A stretch of DNA of 64,000 bases, taken from positions 126,666,001 through 126,730,000 of the forward strand of contig NC_058386.1 in NCBI RefSeq assembly GCF_018350175.1, read 5' to 3'. The stretch is from Felis catus. Lineage: Eukaryota. Positions 48,501-60,409 of this stretch are shown here, piece after piece. The notes under the pieces were generated by a model that was not told the DNA's origin, did no database searches, and saw only the letters and a list, made by a program, of their open reading frames with translations. A program made the position numbers and the translations under genes. Each line of letters starts with the position of its first letter. The stretch's first letter is position 1.

Positions 48501-50176
48501 NNNNNNNNNNNNNNNNNNNNNNNNNNNNNNNNNNNNNNNNNNNNNNNNNNNNNNNNNNNNNNNNNNNNNNNNNNNNNNNNNNNNNNNNNNNNNNNNNNNN
48601 NNNNNNNNNNNNNNNNNNNNNNNNNNNNNNNNNNNNNNNNNNNNNNNNNNNNNNNNNNNGCAACAATGATTAGAAAGGACCAGAGAATACCACCAGAAAC
48701 TCCAACACTACAAGCATCATAATGGCAATAAATTCATATCTTTCAGTACTTACTCTAAGAGTCAATGGACTCAATTCTCCAATCAAAAGACATATGGTAA
48801 CAGAATGGATAAGAAAACAAGATCCATCTATATGCTGTTTACAAGAGACCCATTTTAGACCTAAAGACACTTTCAGATTGAAAGTAAGGGGATAGAGAAC
48901 CATCTATCAAGCTAATGGTCAACAAAAGAAAGCCAGAGTAGCCATACTTATATCAGACAATCTAGACTTTAAAGACTATTATCAAGAGATGCAGAAGGAC
49001 ATTATATCTTAATCAAGGGGCCTATAGACCAAGAAGACCTAACAATTGTAAACATTTATGTGTCAAATGTGGGAACACCCAAAAATATAAATCAATTAAT
49101 CATAAACATAAAGAAACTCATTGATAGTAATACCGTAATAGTAGGAGACTTCAACACCCACTCACAGCAAGGGATAGATCACCTAATCAAAAAATCAACA
49201 AGGAAACAATGGCTTTGAATGACACACTGGACCAGATGGACTTAACAGATATATTGAGAACACTTCATCCTAAAGCAACAGAATATACATTCTTCTCCAG
49301 TGCACGTGAAACGTTCTCCAGAATAGACCATATACTGGGACACAAATCAGCCCTAAGTAAGTACAAAAAGATTGAGATCATACCATGCATATTTTCAGAC
49401 CACAACGCTATAAACTCAAAACCAACCACAAGAAAAAATTTGGAAAGGTAACAAATACTTGGAGACTGAAGAACATCCTACTAAAGAATGAATGGGCTAA
49501 CCAAGAAGTTAAAGAGGTAATTAAAAAGTATATGGAAGTCAATGAAAATGATAACACCACAACCCAAAACCTCTGGGACGCAGCAAAGGCAGTCATAAGA
49601 GGGAAGTATACAGCAATCCAGGCCTTCCTAAAGAAGGAAGCAAGGTCTCAGATACACAACCTAACCTTACGCCTTAAGGAGCTGGAAAAAGAACAGCAAA
49701 TAAAACCCAAAACCAGAAGAAGACAGGAAATAATAAAGATTAGAGCAGAAATTAATGCTATCGAAACCAAAAAAACAGTAGAACAGATCAATGAAACCAG
49801 AAGCTGGTTCTTTGAAAGAATTAACAAAATTGATAAACCACTGGCCAGTTTGATCAAGAAGAAAAAGGAAAGGACCAAAATAAATAAAATCAAGAATGAG
49901 AGTGATCACAACCAACATAGCAGAAATAAAAACAATAATAAGAGAATATTATGTGCAATTATATGCCAATAAAATGGGCAATCTGGAAGAAATGGACAAA
50001 TTCCTAGAAACATGTACACTACCAAAACTGAAACAGGAAGAAATAGAAAATTTGAACAGACCCATAACCAGTAAGGAAATCGAATGAGTAATCAACAATG
50101 TGCCAAAAACCAAGAGTCCAGGGCCAGATGGCTTTCCAGGGGAATTCTACCAAACATTTAAGGAAGAGTTAATACC
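45526..50176 (+). mobile_element. Carnivore L1 with complete 5' UTR, decayed ORF1 (ATG 47604) and the 5' part of ORF2 (ATG ~48722), truncated at the 3' end
   Basis: Starts gggaggaggagccaagatgg. ORF1 reads MTKGRNSPQKKE..RNNIRIIGVP and ORF2 includes the endonuclease region ..FSRIDHILGH..QNLWDAAKAVIRG. Stops and frameshifts are present. Confidence 0.93.
46820..47445 (+). repeat. Three ~200-bp AT-rich tandem units within the L1 5' UTR
   Basis: The string tgaatacagaaag...ttcatttttact...ttcaaattctattttac...cagtgtattca recurs three times. Confidence 0.85.
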
Positions 50177-50179
50177 ACT

Positions 50180-52120
50180 TCATACCCAGCAGGATGCCCA
50201 AAATTGGAAACAAACAAACATGGAAAATAACAAGTACTGGTGAGGACGTAGAGAAATCAGAACCTTTTGCATTGCTGGTGGAAATAACCAATGGTTTGGT
50301 TGCTGTGGAAAACAGTTTGGTGGTTCCTCAAAGAGTTAAAGGTAAGTTACCATAGGATGCAACAATTCCCCCTCTAGGTATATATCCAAAAGAATTGAAA
50401 GCAAAGACTCAGATACTTGTACCCTAATGTTCACAGCAGCAGTAATAGCCCAAAGGTAGAAACAACCCAAATGTCCATCAGCAGATGAATGGATAAACAC
50501 ACTGTGGTCTCTCTATACAATGGAGTATTCGCCCTAAAAAAGGAATGAGGGGCACCTGGGTGGTTCAGTCGGTTAAGTGTCTGACTCTTGATTTCTTGAT
50601 TTCAACTGAAGTCACAATCTCATGGTTTGTGAGTTCGAGCCCCATGTTGGGCTCTGCGCTGACAGCACAGAGCCTGCTTGGGATTCTCTATCCATCTCTC
50701 TCTCTGCCCCTCCTCTGCTTGCTCGTTCTCCCTCAAACTAAATAAACAAACTTAAAACAATTTTTAGGGGCGCCTGGGTGGCTCAGTCAGTTAAGCGCCC
50801 GACTTCGGCTCAGGTCATGATCTCATGGTGCGTGGGTTCGAGCCCCACGTCAGGCTCTGTGCTGACAGCTCAGAGCCTGGATCCTGCTTTGAATTCTGTG
50901 TCTCCCTCTCTCTTTGCCCTTCCCTACTCATGCTCGGTCTCTGTGTCTCTCAAAAATAAACATTGAAAAAAAATTTTTTTAAAAACAACTTTTAAAAAAG
51001 GAATGAAATTCTGATACATGCTACAATAGGGATGAAANNNNNNNNNNNNNNNNNNNNNNNNNNNNNNNNNNNNNNNNNNNNNNNNNNNNNNNNNNNNNNN
51101 NNNNNNNNNNNNNNNNNNNNNNNNNNNNNNNNNNNNNNNNNNNNNNNNNNNNNNNNNNNNNNNNNNNNNNNNNNNGGGATTAGGGAGTTAATGTTTAATG
51201 GGTACAGAGATTCTGTGTGGGATGATGCAGAAGTTCTGGAAACATTGTTTAATGGGTACAGAGATTCTGTTTGGGATGATGAAAAAGTTCTGGAAACAGA
51301 TAGTGGTGATGGTTGCACAACATTGTGAACATAGCTTAACGCTGCTGAATTCTACATCTAAAAGTGGTTAAAATGGTAAATTTTATGTGAATGTATATTT
51401 TAGCATAGTAAAAAAAATCAAAAAACAACATTTGTAAAAGAATTTTTGTGTAGCGTCTGGCTGGCTCAGTGGGTAGAGCATGCAACGCTTGATCTCGGGG
51501 TCGTGAATTCAAGCCCCATGTTGGGCATGGAGGTTACTTTAAAAAAAAGAATGTTTACAACAATTCTGTTCATAAATGTCAAAAACCTTGAAACTATCCA
51601 ATGTCCTTCAATGGGTAAGTAGATAAAGTGGGGCACATCCATATGCTTGAGTACTACGCAGCAATAAAACAGAAAGAACTCCTGACACACGTTATGATTT
51701 GGGTGCATCTCAAAGACATTATGCTGAGTGAAGGAAACCAGTCTCAAAAGATGGCGTACTATATGATTCAGCTTCTGTGGCATCCTTCGAGAGACAAAAC
51801 TAGAGTGATGAAGAACACATCAGTCGTTGCCAGAGATTAGGGTTGTGGGAGGGTGTGACTATACAGAGGGAGCATGACAGAGTATCTTGAGGTTGTCCTG
51901 TGTCCTGATTGTAGCAGTGGTTACATATATGTTGAATATATATGTTAATATCCATATATATAAAAATTATAGAAATTGTGTTAAAATTCATATTTTATGA
52001 CTTTATATATAGCATATATTTGTTATCTATTCATATTTTATTAATTTATATGACATATATATTAAAATTCATAAAACTGAACACTGAGAGAAAGTCAATG
52101 CCACTGTAAGATAATCTAAA
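50180..52120 (+). mobile_element. Older L1 3' end fragments with SINE insertions
   Basis: tgtggaaaacagtttgg, cccaaatgtccatca and a duplicated gggtacagagattctg block. Confidence 0.75.
50548..50975 (+). mobile_element. Two tandem CanSINEs
   Basis: Consensus sequence; outer TSD taaaaaaggaatga. Confidence 0.9.
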
Positions 52121-52200
52121 ACTAAAAGTCTTATAAGTTCATAATGAAACATTTGATGTGAGATTTAGGAGTCTATAATTCTACTATAAAAAGCCTTACA

Positions 52201-52395
52201 GGGGGGTCTAGGTGGCTCAATTGGTTAAGCATGCGACTCTTGATCTCAGCTCAGCTCCTGATCTCACGGTTCATGGGTTCAAGCCCCACATTGGCCTCTG
52301 TGCTGATGGCGCAGAGCCTGCTTGGGATTCTCTCTCTCCCTTGCTCTCTGCCCCTCCCTTGCTTGTGCTCTCTCTCTCAAAAAAAGAAAAAAAAA
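52201..52395 (+). mobile_element. CanSINE
   Basis: TSD aaaagccttaca. Confidence 0.88.
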
Positions 52396-53712
52396 GCCTT
52401 ACAAAACTATTGAAATTAAAGAATTTGAAAAACCTGTAAAAAAGAGATCACCTAAGTTGACATTAGGTTAATTCTTCTAAGTTTTCTATAATTTCACAAA
52501 CATTTAAAGAGACTAACAAAGGATGCACAATGTTAAGAAAACAAACTTTGTATTTCAGCCCCTGATGTAAATTTTTACATTCAGATCAGAACTTGTTCTC
52601 AAAGAGAAAAAAATTAACACATACGATTATGTGCAAAATCAAAATCAAACCCTAGGAGTCCTGTAGAACTGTTATGTGGAAGAAGTGAAATAATGCAAAT
52701 CAAAGTCATCTGAAATTATGGTCTTACCGCAGTTGAAGAAGCACGATGGAATGGAGTGGGAAGGGTCTTAAACATACCGATGTGGTGCCTCCCCACAGCC
52801 ACCTCCCTCTGCAGCTGTTCTGGGCTCTTCATTACAGTGTCATACTGCCTAGTAATGCCCAGGCAGTCACTAAGTAACGATCATAAACTTAGGCAAGCAA
52901 GGGTCATAAATGAAACACTGTTCTTTGTCATAACCTCAAAGATCAGGGATGAACTGGTGTCTGGAAGGCTCTGCGCTTGCTTCTATAAGGTTATAGATTC
53001 ACTTCCCTTTTCTGTTCTCTGGAGACAGAGCACAGCTGGTCAGTATCCTTTGGAAGAGTGTTTTCTTCTACAAGTTTCCCAAGGGCCATTACTAAGTGTG
53101 AAAAACATCGGGAAGACCACAGCAGATTTGTATATGAGTCACTTTCCATCTGCATATGGTTAAGTGAACTTAACAGCACAAGTTTTATCAAATAGAAAGG
53201 CAAAATGAAGCATTTAATTACTTCTTCCCTGGAGATTATGGTTCTTAGATTTTTACTTCCTATTAACCTCATGCATAGGAGGGCCGGAACTGTCTTCTCA
53301 AAAGTACATATAGTCACAGTGCCCTGAACATTGTTTTTCTAAGATCTCTTTTCACTATTTCACAGGCCTCACGGAGACCCTCTCTGGCTCACGTGCCTCC
53401 TAATAGAAGTAACAACAGAGGGCAAGAGGGAGAGATGAGTGAATGAATGAATGAATGAATGAAAGGACAGAGATGGCAGGTCTCTGTCTACTCAGGTCTA
53501 CACAAAGACCCTATAATCTGAGTCTCCAGAGACTAAGACACATTCACAGTCCAGGACACTGTACTTCCTCCCAACGGGACTCTGATTCATCTTTCAGAAA
53601 TATTCAGAGGCAATCGGGGCCAGGCCACCAGGGGTCTGCTAGAAAGGAACACACAGGTGAGTTTCCACAGCTTAGACTCTGAACATCCAGAGAGGTACAA
53701 AGTCATTAGATC

Positions 53713-53925
53713 AGGGGCGCCTGGGGGGCTCAGTCAGTTGAGTGTCCGACTTCAGCTCAGGTCATGATCTCACGGTTTGTGGATTCGAGCCCCACGTCGG
53801 GCTCTGTGCTGACAGCTCAGAGCCTGGAGCCTGCTTCGGATTCTGTGTCTCCCTCTCTCTCTGCCCCTCCCTGGCTTGAGCTCTGTCTGTCTCTCTCTCA
53901 AAAATAAATAAACATTAAAACATTT
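53713..53925 (+). mobile_element. CanSINE
   Basis: Consensus sequence; TSD acaaagtcatt. Confidence 0.9.
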
Positions 53926-54228
53926 TTTAACAAAGTCATTGATATCAGATTGGATATCACAGTCTTGCTGACATTTCCATCTTCCCATTACACATGCCCC
54001 AACCCTGGATACCCTTGAAGTACCGTGGCCTCGAAATGGTATGAGGAGCTGACTATCGCAGGGAAGAAAACCAGCCCCAACTGATTTGTTGCCAGTAACC
54101 TGGGATTACATTCAAGTGATTGGTTTAAGATTGCATGGGGCTTTCTGAAGTATGTGTTTCCTTTATAATGAACTCGTAAGAATACAGATTGGGGTGAAAC
54201 ATATGAAGAGTGTGAAACAGAGGATTAC

Positions 54229-54331
54229 CATGTGGATGTAGCTTTCTTCCTCTTCTCTGGAAACAGAATTGGCAAAAAATCTTGCAGAATTAATACCATT
54301 TCTTTCTGGAGAGAGAAATCTGGTTCGATTG
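54229..54331 (-). CDS. GAB3: GAB3 coding exon
   Basis: cttag|(C)NRTRFLSPERNGINSARFFANSVSREEEESYIHM|gtaatc; 103 nt. Confidence 0.95.
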
Positions 54332-54759
54332 CTAAGAACAAAAATACAGACGAGGTCAAAGCAATGTCTTACAGCTGCTCTGAAAGCCAGCCAGGAACTG
54401 ACGAGGTCCCCGCGGCGTTTGCAGCCCCGCCCCCCTTCCAGATACAATTTCCTTCTGGCCACAGCAGTCCCTGAAGCAGAAGAGACTGCCCAGGTTCTGT
54501 CCCATGCTGGGGCAAATGGCTCCCAACTCTCAAGGGGCACAGGTCACGAGCTTTCTAGAAACAGACCAAGGCATCATATCACTTAGGGAAAAAAAAAAAC
54601 ACAAACAAAAATAACATGCTCCTTTGTGATTCTCTTGCTTCCCTTCAGAGTAGCCAGCAAAAGTAATGACCTGTGGGCATCCCTCTGATGGAATCAGAAC
54701 AAGACTGCAAATTAATTTTCACCCTCCTCCCGAGTCAGAAACACAGGCTGTGTCTCTGT

Positions 54760-55400
54760 GCATCATGACTGGAAAGAGAGCTCACTGCAGAGTTCTGCCT
54801 TGCTAAGTAATTGTATCCTGTGCCATTCAGAGTGAACCGGGAACCTCTCGGGCCAGGCTCCAGACTCTGAAAATACAACTTCTAACAGGTGAGATGAGAG
54901 AGTGCAGATACATTTTGGGCTTTGTCTGCCAGGTCCATGAACCATCTCTCTCTCTGAGAACTCCCTTCTCCTGTTCACAAAGTCGGGCTTCTGGAAGTTC
55001 CGCTGGCCCCTCCCCCTGGGCCACAGGTGATTCCACTCAGGCTGGGGCGGTATAATTCCCTCTCCCCGGAAATGTGAGTTGGGGTCGGAAAAGAGCCGGT
55101 CTCTGTTGGTACTGGACTCATAGCGTGTAAGTAAGCTCACAAGGCCTGGTACAGCTCTCCTTGGCCATAAGGCACGTGCCACACTGACAAGAGCTCTCCA
55201 GAGAGAGACAGAAGAGCAAACGCGGAGAGAGAAGCAAACGCGTGAGGGGGAGAGTTCCCTGGGTTCCCAACAGCTAGTTCCTGACTCCAGCATCCTGGGA
55301 CATTCAGTTATATTCCTTCCTTTGTGATCTACACAATACTTGTGGCTCATGGTAACAACAAACCCCATCCCCCTTTGACTTAAACTAGACCAGGTGGGCC
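54760..55400. mobile_element. Probable MaLR LTR
   Basis: Mixed GC LTR-like text ending ccccctttgacttaaactagaccaggtggg. Family not determined. Confidence 0.4.
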
Positions 55401-55484
55401 TCAACTACATTTCATCAAAGATGCATCACAAAAATTGGGAGCGCCTGTGCTGGCTGAGGTCCATTTGAGCAATCAAAGATGTAC

Positions 55485-55566
55485 CAAGGCACAGTGCGGG
55501 TCCTGGTTAGAGACGTGTGTTCCCGGATGGTGGACAGGTGGCTCAGGTCCAGCGGGGGTGGCCGTG
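55485..55566 (-). CDS. GAB3: GAB3 coding exon
   Basis: cacag|(P)RPPPLDLSHLSTIREHTSLTRTRTVP(C)|gtacat; 82 nt; phases fit both neighbouring exons. Confidence 0.94.
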
Positions 55567-56537
55567 CTGTGAGAGAAGACACAATATCCAGTATGGTAAG
55601 TGCTCAGGAGTGAAAGGATGGAATCTAGAGACTAAAATGAAGACATTCCACTTAGCGCATGAAATCCAGATTTACTAACGAGCAGTACTAACAATGAGGG
55701 GGAATTTTGCGGACCTACCCTTCTCCTTCCTCACTGCTCACATTACAGCTAGAGGTAGCAATGGGGCAATACATTTAGTCAGTGTGCATTTGAGACCTCA
55801 CTGCACATCAGGCATTGTTCTAGGTGTTGGAGGCACAGTGTGAGCAAAGCAGATGAAAGTCTCTGACCTTATGGGATCCAAACATCTACCTTACACTTGG
55901 TGTGTCCAAAATGGAAATTTTACCTTTCTTATTACAAGCAGAGATGATCACCCAGGTTCTATCCCCACCTCCCATCCATTGTCTACCTGATAGTCTTTCT
56001 ACCTAGAACATTCCTCCCCATCTCTCTGCCTGGTTAGTCACCTTCAGATCTCAGGTCAATGTCCCCTGCTTAAAAAGGCCTTCTTTGGCCTCCAAACATC
56101 ATGGGCATGCATGTATCCCTCTATCATGGCCTTGACCAGGTTGCTTTGTTTCCTCCACTAGACTGCATGGGTGGAAACTGTTTAAGCCCCCTCCGTATCA
56201 TCAGAACCCAGGACAGCGACTCCTACTCCTCACTTTCCCAGGAGCCTCTGACCTGGGCAAGCTGCTGAGCTGGAAAGGACATATGAGTCACAGTCACATA
56301 GTCTCTGGTGTGAAGATCTCTCCTGATGGCCATAACTCCCTGGCATCAGCCTCACCGACCAGCCACCTCCTGGCTTCTCTACCTGCCCTCTCCCCGTTGG
56401 GCCCCAGGGTCTATCCCTGCAGCCACACCTGTCAGAGCCTGAAGTCTTGGTCCAGGGGTCCACCTGGACACCCACCCACTGGCTCCCGAGCCCTAAGTCC
56501 AGATGACATGTTCATGCCTGATCGCCAGGTCCCATGA

Positions 56538-56740
56538 GCCATGCTGTCCAATATGGTGGCCACCAGTCACATGTGGCTATTTAAATTTATATTTGTTAAT
56601 ATTAAATAAAATTTAAAATTCAGCATGGGGAATATAGTCAATAAAAATTCAGTTCTTCGCTTGCGCTGGCCACTTTTCAAGGGTTCAATAGCTACATTTC
56701 TGTCATCATAAAATTTCTGTTGGATAGCATTGCTATAGAA
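56538..56740. mobile_element. MER3/MER33-like hAT DNA transposon relic
   Basis: gctgtccaata...cacatgtggctatttaaattt...ttggatagc inverted termini. Confidence 0.7.
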
Positions 56741-57722
56741 AATTAATTAAACGAAACAACATCTACCTCAGAGTTACAGGTCCTTGTGAAATCATTTCTG
56801 AGCAGAATGAAGGATTATTTCCTCTGAACCTCATAAGACAGGATTTGCTCTCCTGTGTGGTACTGACTTCATAATCCTCCTTCTTCCAGCTGCTTTTCAC
56901 CTGTGCTCCTCCCACCCACTGAGGAACCTGCTTCCTCATCTTCACACACCCCCCCCCCGCCGCCGCCCAGTGAAGGGGTGAGGCTGGAAGGACCAGGCAT
57001 GGGAGGGGGACTTAATGACCAGGTTGGGGCGTGGCTACCTGAAGTGGTAGTATTTCCAAAGAGCAAACAGAGGTGGGAACAGACCAGATTCTGGGAGTTC
57101 CTGGGAGTCACCAGACCTACTAGGCAGGTGGCAGTGGGGGAGAATAAAGTAAGCACATTACTTTGACCTGCTTTTCCTTCCCTCTTCTTCTTTTTCCCTC
57201 TCTGTCCGTGCTGTTTGCAGCCCAGGGGAGCTGCCTGGGAGTAACACAGAAGCTTCAAGGAGCTCTGTGCCCAGAGGATCCAGACTCCTTGCTCCCGGAC
57301 ACCTCTGTGGATGGGCACACACAGGGTAGTGGGTGATCAGCTGCATACGACCAGGTCTGACATTCACCAATTCAGATGAAAAGTCATTCTTGACTACTTT
57401 CCTCGGTCTGGGGTGGCAAAGGCCTTTGTTAGGGAAGCAGACAAAGATGGACCCTCTGAAATGAACTTGGCATTGTAGGCTGCATTTGCAGGGCCACAGT
57501 GCCCTAAGTCCCGTGACTCCTTTCCTCAGTCTGGGGCAGCAAGGTCTGCCAGCCCTTCCTGTTCAATCCCAGCCATCGCTCCTCACCCCTACACCTCCCA
57601 GGCCTCTGGGACGGCTCCTCCAGTGCCTTCTTCCCAGAGACGGTCAAGAAGGAAACTTCTGCACGTGGCCTCTAGGACCTTTCTCCCCTCCCCTGCACAG
57701 CAGGTCCGCTCACGTGGCTTAC

Positions 57723-57942
57723 GTTTCCTCTGAGGCTTGAGATCTCTATTCACTGGGGGAGGCTCCATGTCTGCAGGTAGCTCAGGCAGCGGGCTTGAGA
57801 TGCTCCCTGGGCTCATGGGGATGTAGTCATCATGGCTGCAGTGGGTTCTAAGAGCAGAGGTGGCCACCTGTGGGCCCATGGGCACATAGCCATCTTCGGC
57901 ACTGGCTGAAGCTGTGGGGTACACCGGGGAGAACCCGCATGG
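57723..57942 (-). CDS. GAB3: GAB3 coding exon (upstream exons not found in this window)
   Basis: ttgcag|PCGFSPVYPTASASAEDGYVPMGP...DDYIPMSPGSISSPLPELPADMEPPPVNRDLKPQRK|gtaagc, with YxxM PI3K sites and a PxxxRxxKP Grb2 site. Confidence 0.96.
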
Positions 57943-59494
57943 CTGCAAGAGAACAGGTGCAGGTCGGGAAGCACGGCCAAGGCCATGCACAGGGGTTGCA
58001 AGTATCCAAGAATAACTTTGAACTTCCTTAAGAAAGTCAGGTAAGCCTCTAACTTGGGCTCTGCCCCTGCTCCCATTGTATGAGGCAGGTGAGGACACTC
58101 CTGGATTTGGTGCTAGAAGATAGAGGGTTATGAATTTCAGCAAACACTCTCAGTGTAGTGTGATGCCTTAAGTCCCACACCCCGAGGCAGACAAGTGTCT
58201 GAGTATTAGAACTAGAAGGGTCCTTATAGGACACGAAGTGCAATCGTTCTCAGACAAGTTGAAGCCTTAGGGAAGACTGAAAGGGTCCTCAGAGATTCAG
58301 TGCTGAGTCTCAAAAGACTTCAAGGGAGCATATATTGGTCAAGCAACTTGTGGTAAAATCGAGGCTTAAAGGAATTCTAGTGCCAAACTTACCAAATTTA
58401 AACTAAGCCGCTTGTCTCGGTGTTTTAAGGATTGGCCTTCTACATCAGCTGTAAGAAACAAGCCAGGGTGGTGAGAAATGCAAGGCAGTATCAATTGAAA
58501 CTAGGGTCCGAGTCCCTGTGTACCTCGGGGCCCTTTGCTCCGCTCCAGAGGGAAGAGGCGTGTGACACGGTTTCTACGCGCAAGGCTCACTATTCAGGGT
58601 AGTTGGGCCGTCAGAATACAGTCCCCAACAGGTGGAAATCAGAGCAGATTTCCAAGTTTCCGTATGATGGCTTGAGTGCTGTCTGTGAATTGGGAACAGA
58701 TATAGCAGGGAGTTAACAAACGCTTGCCTCATAGACCACATGAATCTTCGGCAAGGACAGATGGTAGGCACAGAGCTAGGGGTTTGAAGAGAGAAGGTGT
58801 AAAAGATCCCTTGTGATGAGCGGGTGGGTGGGAGGAACGGGCGAGTGAGGGCACCGCGGAGCAGCACCGAGGGCACGCCGGAGACCTGTGATCCCGAACT
58901 GGTGACCAGGATTTCCTGTAGTGGTGGTCAGCCACCTGGGTACGGGCTTGGAGAAAGAGGAAAGTTTGGATTAATCCAGGATTAGAAACTTGTCAGATGG
59001 ACGTGACAGTGTGACATAAAAATTTAGGAGAACTGTCGGATGGAAAGAAGACATGTCCAGAATGCAGGGCAATAAGATAAATGGGCCTCGACTCAAATGA
59101 GATACGATTTGGGGAATTAGCGGCTCAGAGATGGCAGTCACATCCAGAAGACTGCATGGGTTTATCTGAGTTGTAAGTGTTGAGAGAAGCTTAATTATAA
59201 AACTATAAACAATGCCCAGTATGCAAAGAACAGGAAGATGAGTGACCACAGAGTAATGGGAGAAGTCCAATAATTGCTCTCAGCCAGTGGGGGCCAGGGA
59301 AGTGCTGTCTGTTCCAGAGCATGGAGGCATGAAGTCCGGTTGCCTCAGGAAAATAAACTGAAGAGTCCCCGTCACCTTCAAGTGAAAAATAATTCCCAGC
59401 TCAGGAAGGTGGAAGGGAGATTAGTGGAATTAAGGTTATGCATCCTATGCAGATCTTTCTCGACTTCCTTTATTGCTTATGTCCTGATAAAGCC

Positions 59495-59790
59495 ACCCTA
59501 AATTGCAAATATCCTAAATCAAAAAGTGTTTACTACACCTAACCTACTGAACATTACAGCTTAGCCTAGCCTGTCTTCGACATGCTCAGAACACGAACAG
59601 TGGCCTACAGCTGGGCAAAGTCGGCCAACACAGAAGCCTATTTGCTAATAAAGGGTTGGTTATCCTGTGTAATTTATTGAATACTGTACCGAAAGTGAAA
59701 AACTCCACAGCTGTAAGTGTATTGGTTGTTTAGCCTCTTGACTGCTGCTGCCCAGCTGCACAAGAGGATCGTACCACATACCAGCAGCCT
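59495..59790. mobile_element. Tigger4-like DNA transposon relic
   Basis: ctacacctaacctactgaac...agcttagcctagcct...tgtaatttattgaatactgtac. Confidence 0.65.
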
Positions 59791-60169
59791 GNNNNNNNNN
59801 NNNNNNNNNNNNNNNNNNNNNNNNNNNNNNNNNNNNNNNNNNNNNNNNNNNNNNNNNNNNNNNNNNNNNNNNNNNNNNNNNNNNNNNNNNNNNNNNNNNN
59901 NNNNNNNNNNNNNNNNNNNNNNNNNNNNCATACGCGCGCAGACACACACACTTCTTTATATGTTCCTTTTTAACACAAATGGTAGCATATCATACTCACT
60001 GTTCTGCAACTTGTTTTTTTCACTTAATACCTTGGAGATCAGGGCAGAGAAACACTATAAAGAGTTTCTTCATTCTTTTCATCACTGGCATTGTGTTTCA
60101 TTCTACAGATGGACCATAATTTGAGTATTCCTCTAATATTAGATATCAGTTTTATTTCCAACACTTTAT

Positions 60170-60393
60170 TTATTTTTATTTTTTTAATGTTTTGATTTGT
60201 TTAGAGAGACAGAGTGTGTGTGCATGCGCTAGTGAGGGAGAAGGGCAGGGGGAGAGAGAGACAGAATCTTAAGCAGGCTCCACATGCTCAGCATGGAGCC
60301 TGACATGGGGCCCGATCCCACGACCATGGAATCATGACCTGAGCAAAAATCAAGAGTCTGATGTTCAACCGACTATACCACCCAGGCACCCCC
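60170..60393 (-). mobile_element. CanSINE
   Basis: Reverse consensus. Confidence 0.88.
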
Positions 60394-60409
60394 TAACACT
60401 TCGCTTTAA

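Noticed and set aside
58870-58945. Acceptor-like sequence on the minus strand, a possible extra GAB3 exon
   Set aside because: Its translation does not match GAB3 as I know it, and there is no convincing donor.
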